Assembly: GCF_039654945.1 (NCBI RefSeq)
Contig: NW_027361825.1
Span: forward strand, 14,818,001-14,882,000
DNA length: 64,000 nt
Source: Dendrobates tinctorius
Lineage: Eukaryota
Direction of reading: 5' to 3'
Each line of letters opens with the position of its first letter. Position 1 is the stretch's first letter. Shown in pieces: positions 54,559 to 64,000 of this stretch. Made by a program: the position numbers and the translations under genes. The notes beneath the pieces were generated by a model. The model did not search any database and had not been told where the DNA came from. It worked only from the letters and a program-made list of their open reading frames with translations.

Positions 54559-55279
54559 TAATAAATGTCCATAGGCTATCTTCGCTCTAAGAGCAACCTC
54601 TCATACAACCGTCCCCTGCCGTGACAGGAAAAACACTGGAGGGTGGAGGTGGGAGGGGCCTTTTAACCTCTCTCTGATCCTGTCCCACTATAGGGCAAGG
54701 AAGGACGTCCTCCATGGTGCTGTCCGGAGGGACGTAAGGGAAAAAGGAGATAGCAACGACGATCGTTTTGCTATCTCCTTTTTGCACCCGTTCTCCCGCT
54801 GATATGCTTTTACAATAAAGCCTTGACTATACTACCGGGTGAGTGCTGTTCTTTTCTACTATTTTTCTGCTATGTGGATTAGCTCATTTTCTATAAATGT
54901 GCACCTAAGGGTTAAACAGTTGTATTGCCGGCTGCATCTCTTTTATACACATATGATGGTTCGGATGTGTGGACTATTGTGATGGTGCTCGCCTTCTATT
55001 TCTGGACTTTGTATTGCCAATTAATGGGAGAGAGACTAGACAGAAAGAAAGAATAAAAAAAAAGTGAACGTGACCCCTCTGCACTGTTCCTATACTGAAA
55101 GCCTGCCTAGACAGCTGAGGTTGGCACCCTATTTAACAGCAGATATGGTGCCCTCACTCAATGACGTCTGATCCTGGGAGTCCTTGATGTAGATATTTAG
55201 TCCCAGGAGCAAATGGCAGCTGAATAAAGGCAACAAAATATAGCCTCACACAAACCGCAGGCAGATCCCACAATGATAT

Positions 55280-55939
55280 TGTCACAGAGTGACCACGACA
55301 GTGTGGAGCCAGAAGACCGCAGTGATTGCTCCTACTCTGGTGCTGAGATGATGCACTTCTTCATTTGTTTATTTCTTCTAGCAGAACAGTGGTTAATCGG
55401 CCATGTTGGAAATCCCTGTGCTCTCAGCTGAGCTCGGTTAGCCTCTCCTTTTCCCTTTATAATCTGGGCTCTGATACAAATCCTTGTCAGAGCTAGCTTT
55501 ACTGCTGCATGGCTAATGGAGGGAGAGTTCTTATGAGAAGGAGAGTTGGAGGAGTTATCAGTGACTGTTGCTTGGTTTGTATGCGTGGTAATTCCTTATC
55601 CTTCTCTTCTTTGGTTTAATTCCCTATCTTCACACCCCAGTGCATTCCTCTGTTATATGTGAGTAAATATTTTGTATGCCTGGAGTTTTCTGTTAACCCT
55701 TGCTTGTGTTGCCTTGTTTGTGAAGTTGGTGTACTACGGTGCACAGTAGCGCCCCTCTTACCTGGGTGGAGAAAGAGATCAGATGGAGGGCTAACTCAGG
55801 AGACAAGGCAAAGGTGGAAGCCCCAGCATCTTCACCTTCGGAAGTATCCCAGGGAGTAGGGTGAGCTAGGGCGCCCACTAGTGTTAGGGACAGGGAAGGA
55901 GTCCCTGGTCCTGGGTCACCCGACAGCTGTGTCATGACA
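55280..55939. mobile_element. Solo LTR (Gypsy-type)
   Basis: TGTCA...TGACA flanked by 5-bp TSD GATAT. Confidence 0.85.
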
Positions 55940-56672
55940 GATATTGTGTGGATCCTTCCCCTGTCTATGAAAAGATGGGGATAGCATGTGATCAAGCAAT
56001 AAATAGGGAACAGACAAAAAGGATACTCATCAGAAATATGTCTTGTGACCTCTACACGTTTGACCACAAAAGGCTCATCAGGAGGTGAGATAAATTTTCA
56101 TTAAAAGTTATATTTGACAATACTGTTTTTTCTTTCTTTCTTTTTAATAAGGGATATTAGTTGGTGATTTAAAGTTTTTAGATTTTTTACATTTTAAAAA
56201 CACATTTCTTTTTACTTTATTTTGTAGTCCACTTGGTGGATTTTAATATATGATTGTTTAATAGCTTATATTATATACTGCAATACCATACTATTGTGGT
56301 ATATAGCAAAAACCATGATCTTCTATTATGCCCAGCCACAGGTTGGTCTTCACAGCAGCACCATCTTGTTAGCAGGCATGGCTGCCATCAGCAGGCTGCT
56401 GGGTGTCTTGGAAACTCAATGGAACTCCACGATTGTAGCTTCCATGGTCACATGAAACAAAAGAACACTACAGGGTGCTGGGATGCACCACGATCACTCC
56501 TATGCACATACATTTGGATTGTCTCTAAGAAGTCAAAAATGTTCTCTGCCTCAGGATTTTACAATATGTAAAAGTCTTGAGCCACAGATTTGTAATACTT
56601 TTGATGATACAGAATTTCCGTTGTTTCAAAAAAAAATTCTGCTGTAACTTTGAAATTCTTTTTTTTTTTTAG

Positions 56673-57082
56673 GTTTCTTACTTTTACACTTTTCATCAAC
56701 ATGATTTCTATGTCTCCCAAAATGTTTTGCTCTCACTATGGACCATCTACAAGACCTCCGGCCACTCATCTCTGCTATGAGGTGTATGATCAGAACCAAC
56801 GTATTGATTGTGGTCACTTTACCAACAACGAAGAGTCTCAAGCTGAAGAGGTGTTTCTTGGAGATAGATTCAAAGATGCTTGGAGAAAATGCACAATTCT
56901 ATGGTACATCTCCTGGAGTCCTTGTGATGATTGCATTCAGATCTTGCTGAACACATTCATTCCCAGAAACCCTCATGTCAAGTTGCACATCATATTTGCC
57001 AAGGTCTACAAGGGCACTACTAAGACTAAGATCCGAGAACTTAACAGTAGAGGAGTAAAAATACAAGCAATGTCCCACGAAG
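56673..57082 (+). CDS. APOBEC/AID-family cytidine deaminase-like core exon (QAE instead of HAE)
   Basis: THLCYEV, GHFTN, SQAEEVFL, CTILWYISWSPCDDC, NPHVKLHIIFAKVY, LNSRGVKIQAM. Acceptor (T)nAG| at 56672 and donor GAAG|GTCAGT at 57083; 410 nt, phase 2 to phase 1, open throughout. Confidence 0.88.
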
Positions 57083-57172
57083 GTCAGTATGGTCCAGGAG
57101 AGTTCACCTAATGCTATCACATTTTTAAATGTGCAGAGTTTTCTGAATCTTAGAGGTTCTCCACTGCTTTAA

Positions 57173-60100
57173 CCCCTTCATGACCCAGCCTATTTTGACC
57201 TTAATGACCTGGCCATATTTTGCAATTCTGACCAGTGTCCCTTTATGAGGTAAATAACTCTGGAACGCTTCAACGGATCCTAGTGATTCTGAGAACGTTT
57301 TTTCGTGACATATTGGACTTCATGTTAGTGGTAAATTTAAGTTGATTATTTTTGAGTTTATTTGTGAAAAATAAGAAATTTGGCAAAAATTTTGAAAATT
57401 TTGCAATTTATTCTGTTAAACCAGAGAGTTATGTGACACCAAAATAGTTACTAAATAACATTTCCCACATGTCTACTTTACATCAGCACAATTTTGGAAA
57501 CAAATTTTTTTTTTGTTAGGAAGTTATAAGGGTTAAAAGTTGACCAGTGATTTCTCATTTTTACAACAAAATTTGCAAAACCATTTTTTTAGGGACCACC
57601 TCACATTTGAAGTCACTTTGAGGGGTCTATATGGCAGAAAATACCCAAAAGTGACACCATTCTAAAAACTGCACCCCTCAAGCTACTCAAAACTACATTC
57701 AAGAAGATTATTAACCCTTCAGGTGCTTCACGAGAACTAAAGCAACGTGGAAGGAAAAAAGGGACATTTTAATTTTTCCAACAAAAATTTTCATTTAGCA
57801 TAAATTTTTTCATATTCACATGGGCAGCAGAATAAAATGGATACTAAAATTTGTTGGGCAATTTCTCCTGAGTACACCGATACCTCATATGTGGTCATAA
57901 ACAACTGTTTGTGCGCACGACAGGGCTCAGAAGGGAAAGAGCGTCATTTGACATTTTGAATGGAAAATATGCTGGAATATTTAGCGGATGCCATGTTGCG
58001 TTTGGAGAGCCCCTGTGTGCCTAAACATTGGAGCTCCCCCACAAGTGACCCCATTTTGGAAACTAGACCCCCCCAAGGAACTTATCTAGATGCATAGTGG
58101 TCACTTTGAACCCCCAGGTGCTTCACAAATTGATCTGTCCAAAAAAAGTACTTTTTTTTCACAAAATTTTTCTTTTAGCCTCAGTTTTTTCATTTTCACA
58201 TGGGCAACAGGATAAAATGGATCCTTAAACTTGTTGGGAAATTTCTGCTAAGTACACCGATACCTCATATGTGGTCATAAACCACTGTTTGGATGCACGG
58301 CAGGGTCCAGAAGGGAAGGAGCACCATTTGACTTTTTGAATGGAAAATTAGCTCCAATTGTTATCGGACACCATGTCGCATTTGGAAAGCCCCTGTGTGC
58401 CTAAGCAGTGAAAACCCCCCACAATGACACCATTTTGGAAACTAGACCCCATAAGGAACTTATCTAGATGTGTAGTGAGCACTTTGAACCCCCAAGTGCT
58501 TCACAAAAGTTTATAACGCAGAACAGTGAAAATAAAAAATCATTTTTTTTCCACAAAAATTATTTTTTAGCACGCTATTTTTTATTTTCACATGGCTAAC
58601 AGGAGAAATTGGACCCCAAAAGTTGTTGTCCAGTTTGTCCTGAGTACGCTGGTACCCCATATGGGGGGGGAACCACTGTTCGGGCGCACAGCCGGGCTCA
58701 GAAGGGAATGAGCGACATTTGACTTTTTGAAATGAAAATTAGCTCCAAAATTTAGCTGACGCCATGTCATGTTTGGAGAGCCCCTGTGTGCCTAAACTTT
58801 GGAGCTCCCCCACAAATGACCACAGTTTGGAAACTAGACCCCCTAAGGAACTTATCTAGATGCATAGTGAGCACTTTGAACCCCCAGGTGCTTTACAAAA
58901 GATTATAGCCGTGAAAATAAAAAATCATTTTTTTCCTCAAAAAATGATTTTTAGCCCGCAATTTTTTTTCACAAGGATAACAGGATAAATTGGACCCCAA
59001 AAGTTGTTGTCCAGTGTGTACTGAGCACGCTGGCACCCCATATGTGGGGGGACCACTGTTTGGGCACACGTCGGGGCTTGGAAGGGAAGTAGTGACATTT
59101 TGAAATGCCGACTTGATGGAATGGTCTGCGGGCGTCATGTTACGTTTGCAGAGCCCCGATGTGCCTAAACTGTGGAAGCCCCCACAAGTAACCCCATTTT
59201 GGAAACTAGACCCCCCAAGGAACTTATCTAGATATGTGGTGAGCATTTTGAACCCCCAAGTGCTTCACAGAAGTTTATAACGCAAAGCTGTGAAAATAAA
59301 AAATCATTTTTTTCCTCTTAAAATGATTTTTTAGCTCGCAATTTTTTATTTTCACAAGGGTAACAGGAGAAATTGGACACCAAAAGTTGTTTTCCAGCTT
59401 GTCCTGAGTACGCTGGTACCCCATATGTGGGGGGGAACCATTGTCAGGGCTCAAAATGGAAGTAGTGACGTTTTGAAATGCAGACTTTGATGGGATGGTC
59501 TGCGGTCGTTGTTACATTTGCAGAGCCCCTGATGTGCCTAAAACAGTGGAAACCCCCCACAAGTGACCCCATTTTGGAAACTAGACCTTCCAAGGAACTT
59601 ATCTAGATGTCTGGTGAGCACTTTGAACCCCCAAGTGCTTCACAGATGTTTATAACGCAGAGCAGTGAAAATAGAAAATCATTTTTTTTCCACAAAAATA
59701 ATTTTTTAGCCCCCAATTTTTTATTTTCCCAAGGGTAACAGGACAAATTAGACCATAAAAGTTGTTGTGCAATTTTTCCTGAGTACGCTGATACCCCATA
59801 TGTTGGGGTAAACCACTGTTTGGGCACATGTTGGGGCTTGGAAGGGAGGGGGCACCATTTGACTTTTTGAGCACAAAATTGGCTGGAATCAATGGTGGCG
59901 CCATGTCGCGTTTGGAGACCCCCTGATGTGCCTAAACAGTGGAAACCCCTCAATTCTAACTCCAACCCCAACACACCCCTAACCACAACCTTAACCCCAA
60001 CACATCCCTAACCCTAATCCCAACCCTAACCATAACCCTAACCTGAACACACCCCTAACCCTAATCCCAACCCTAACCATAACCCTAACCACAAGCCTAA

Positions 60101-60963
60101 CCCTAATCCCAACCCTAACACACCCCTAACCCTAATCTTAACCCTAATTCCAACCCTAACCCTAATTGCAACCCTAACCCTAATTCTAATCCTATTTCCA
60201 ACCCTAACCCTAATTCTAACCCTAATGGAAAAATTTTATATAAAAATATTTTCTTTATTTTATTAGTTGTGCCTACCTATGGGGGTGATAAAGGGGGGGT
60301 TTATTTACTTTTTATTTTACTTTGATCACTGTGAGAGTTTCACAGTGATCAAAATGAATCAATGGAATCTGCAGCCGGCAGATTCGAACGGGCACATTAC
60401 GCATGTTCCCGCCATTTTCCAAGATGGTGGTGTCCATGATCCGGGACTGCGGGACACCGGGAGTGACAGCGGCACTCTAAATGTACCGGGGGTGGGAGGG
60501 GAGGTGATTGGAAGCTGGCGGGGAGTGGAGGGAAGGCGGGGAGCAGATGATGACAGTAGCGGCAGATCGCCGCTGTCATTCAGTGGCGGGGTGCAGATTG
60601 GCCCCATTAGCTGGTGTGGGGGGGGTCGGATCCGTGTCTCCAGCCATGGCCGATGCTATTTCAGCATCGGCCATGGCTGGTTTGTAATATTTCATCAAAT
60701 TTCATTGATGAAATATTACTATAGCTCTGATTGGCTGTTAAAAGTGAAACAGCCAATCAGTGCGATCGTAGCCACGTGGGGGCGAATCACCCCCCTGTGG
60801 TGAAGTACAAAGCCCCCTGTATCAGCGGGTCGGGTGACCTTTCATTGACCCCGGTCACCCGACCCGCAGGGGGGCTTTAAAGTCATGACACAGCATATGC
60901 GTCATGTGTCGGATTGGCACCAACTTTCATGACGCATACGCTGTGTCACAGGTCGGGAAGGGG
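57173..60963. mobile_element. Non-autonomous piggyBac-type element
   Basis: TTAA|CCCCTTC...GAAGGGG|TTAA; about five ~375-bp internal tandem units (GAAACTAGACCCC...GGAACTTATCTAGA); no transposase ORF. Confidence 0.85.
59955..60226. repeat. Degenerate telomere-like (CCCTAA)n tract
   Basis: CCCTAA mixed with CCCAA, CCATAA and TTCTAA variants. Confidence 0.85.
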
Positions 60964-62599
60964 TTAAAATGCTGATGACCTATACTTAGGATAGGTCATC
61001 AATATCTTATCAGTGGGGTTGTGACACCCACTACCCTGGGTAGTGCACATCCACGACATATTCAAATCAATAGGGGAAGGAAATGCAGTACCTGGCCATG
61101 GCCACACTGCCATGTCCACCGCCAGTATTGAGAACAACTGATCGCGAGGATGACAGGTGTCGCACCCCACTGATCAGACATTGATGATCTATCATAAGGA
61201 TAGCTGATCAATGTGAAAATAGTTGACAATATCTTTAAGCATTATACACACCTAATGTCAATCCCATTATTGATGTGACATAATATAGAGAAGTCAAACT
61301 TTTCATTATAATATTTTTCATTGCTGATTGAGGGTCATTTAATTTGTCCTTCGGATGAAGTTTACACAGCTAATATATGTATTTTTGCAGTCAAAGCCAG
61401 GAAAGTAACCTAAAATTATGAAAACATCACAGAAATACTTAGAACGGCAATCGATGTGAGCCAAATCTTGATCAAGCCAGGCTATTTCACAACAATGTTG
61501 TTACGGCAGCGGAACACGCTTAAAAAAATATAAATAAAGCGTGTTCGCCACCTGGGGTCCACCGTGCGGCAGGTGTAATAACCTCTGCTAAATAGGCAGA
61601 GCACAAGGACGGTAATGTGCACAGGGAAGAACTGCACCTAGTGCACAAAAGCAAGCTCTGTTAGAACTCACAGAGCTGCACACAAGAACACAAATACAAA
61701 AAACGCTGAGTCTGTATGTACTGCACAGATAATCAGCGGCACACGTGCGGTAGCCAGAGATCGGAGTAGTTAAAGACGTCACTACCACCAAATGGACTTA
61801 CCGTGACTGGACGTGTGCATGGCGTCGCAACTGCGGTCGCCAAAAATGACTGCAAGCGCAAATTAGCAGGTGCAATGCAAGATGCTGGCTGCTGTAACAG
61901 GTGGAGCTTGAGCGCGCTGGTGCTAGCACGAATACTGGCTGTATCCCAATCACTCACACAATCGTATTATCAGAGGGAAGGGGTTTCTTAATAAGTCATT
62001 CACCAGTCCAAGCATCCATCACCAAACACACAGCAGCAAGTATAGAAAAGACTAGCGCATGGCAGAATAGCCATGCGCACTTTTTATAGCATGCGGGACC
62101 TTCCGGAAATCTCCAGAGCCCCGAGCATAACCAATGAAATCAGGAGCAGGACCTGAGCACCTGACTCCTAAACTCCAATGAGAGCTCGTCCCGTGAGCAT
62201 GCTCAGAAGCAGGGAAAAAGGACTTAGCCTCTGGAGACAAATGTGAGAATCTGGGTTGCTGCATAAGCATAGAATGACCCAGATTCCTAACAAATGTAAT
62301 GGCTATATACTGTATCTTATTAATATATATCCCTTGACAGCAGAGTTTAGGGGAGAGAATGATCGGGAATGTTGAGTTGCACAATTCCTTTTGGAAGTAA
62401 CATATTTTCCTCTCGCCATTGAAACAAACATGTGGGAGAATTAACAAAAAAAAGAAAGAGAATAAGGAACATATTTGAGATGATTGAACCTTTTCAAATT
62501 CATATTCGCCATATTGGCAGAATTAATACCTCAGGACGATATGTGGTACTCTTGATGCTTTTCATGGACATGTGAATCCTGTGTCTGCTCTCCATAGAT

Positions 62600-62752
62600 A
62601 TGAGAAAGGGGATAGAGAGAAAGATAGAGAAAGAGAGAGATAAAAAAAGAGAGGGGGGAGAGAAAAAGAGAGAGTGGAAGAGAAAAAGATCAAACGATAG
62701 GAAGCAAGAGAGAAGGCAAGAAATAAAGAGAAAAAAGAGAGAGGGGAGACGA

Positions 62753-62792
<40 letters not shown>

Positions 62793-62795
62793 AAC
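62600..62795. repeat. GA-rich / (AAAG)n microsatellite
   Basis: Polypurine run ending in AAAG repeats. Confidence 0.9.
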
Positions 62796-63770
62796 ATGCA
62801 AATGTGTTATCTTTTTTTGAAACATTTATGAAAATGGTCTTTACAAGGAGACATTGAGGTTGAGTTAAGATACCTATTAATTTTTCAGAAAATTTTGGGT
62901 GATGCCATGTCCCAAAGACCCATAATTAATCTTGCTTAGGCTGAAAGACCCATCAAACCGCTCAGTGTGCACCTGTGGAAAATTATTGTGAGAATGGGGG
63001 GGAGTTATACATTTTTAGAAAACAGAAAATCCACAAGGAATTGATCTCCTATTAAAAGCTAACAAATGGCAACAAAAAATTGTGCTTTGTTTTCTTTTTC
63101 CCAAAACTAAATTTTGCTTTGCTTTTTCTCAAAACTATAGTGATACAAGTTGATAAAAACAAAAATCTTGGAAGGAAAATGTAAAGCCATACCTTAGGTT
63201 CTGTAGACATCTGTGCCAAAGCTTGTATTTAAAGTTAAGCAAAGCCAGATGATTCATTGTAGAACGGAGCTTAGTGCTGTCTGAGCTACTTCATTGGCTT
63301 ACAATTAAGTCTCTTGGGGTTCTCTTATATTAAAAAATGATGGAGATGCCAATGTTCATTCTAAATATTTATCATCTGAAAACTCGCTAATTCCTAAAAT
63401 TGGCTAATTTGAGGACTTGTTACATTTTTGCAGCATTTTATCATCCATATTATGACTGCAGGTCATGGACCACCCATAGTTCATGTAAACTCAACTTTGA
63501 AGACTATCGGATTCTACTATGACCGAAATTCAGTTCCGCTTCAAATCCTGTTGTAAAGACTCTAAGACTAGGTTCACATGACAGATTAAAATCTCCCATA
63601 GATTGGCCATTTGCATTGCTGCTGATCCTTACATCCATTATAATCCTTCAGTTTTTCTAAACAGAATCAGTTGGAAATACATAACAAGTGATATTATAGT
63701 AAATCTTTCCCCGGCTATGCCGAAAACTTGCATGAAAAGTGTTTAGCAAAACCTCAGAAAACACCATATA

Positions 63771-64000
63771 CAGTGGGGCAAAAAAGTATTTAGTCAGTCA
63801 GCAATAGTGCAAGTTCCACCACTTAAAAAGATGAGAGGCATCTGTAATTTACATCATAGGTAGACCTCAACTATGGGAGACAAACTGAGAAAAAAAAATC
63901 CAGAAAATCACATTGTCTGTTTTTTTTTCATTTTATTTGCATATTATGGTGGAAAATAAGTATTTGGTCAGAAACAAAATTTCATCTCAATACTTTGTGA
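63771..64000 (-). mobile_element. Second copy of the same Tc1 (runs off the window end)
   Basis: TA|CAGTGGGGCAAAAAAGTATTTAGTC..., nearly identical to 17596-17825, including the transposase stop region. Confidence 0.95.

Larger units (their letters stand above)
48937..54745 (-). mobile_element. DIRS1-type tyrosine-recombinase retrotransposon, non-autonomous/decayed
   Basis: Inverted terminal repeats (about 48937-49075 vs 54630-54745) and an internal complementary region at about 49250-49337 that matches both termini joined end to end. No TSD and no intact RT/YR ORF. Confidence 0.85.

Noticed and set aside
45310-56673. Direct kinase-exon to APOBEC-exon fusion
   Set aside because: Phase-0 donor versus phase-2 acceptor is out of frame unless a linker exon is used.
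59955-60226. True telomere or chromosome-fusion site
   Set aside because: Short, degenerate, single orientation and internal to a TTAA-flanked transposon.
61200-63770. Next APOBEC exon or STK25 exon 4
   Set aside because: Candidate acceptors inspected by eye (about 61390, 62888, 63433, 63664) gave no DY..CW or KLWIIMEY-like peptide.

Overview
Eukaryotic (vertebrate, by repeat repertoire most likely anuran) genomic DNA, very rich in transposons. The left 38 kb is an olfactory-receptor cluster (two intact single-exon ORs and one pseudogene, all on the minus strand). It is interleaved with a large decayed hAT element, an intact Tc1, Penelope and Gypsy remnants, solo LTRs and a 3.6-kb hAT foldback palindrome. 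At about 44-45.3 kb lie a housekeeping-type promoter (three ZNF143-type motifs) and the first two coding exons of an STK25-like kinase, bracketed by an inverted pair of one MITE. No further STK25 exon was recognised in the window. About 11 kb downstream on the same strand is an APOBEC/AID-family deaminase core exon whose zinc-binding HxE motif reads QAE. The most interesting hypothesis is that the STK25 promoter and 5' exons were relocated and now drive, or fuse to, this atypical APOBEC. Between and after these lie a non-autonomous DIRS element (with a nested L2), a piggyBac-type element with telomere-like repeats and the start of a second Tc1. All calls come from reading the sequence by eye; no database search was run.
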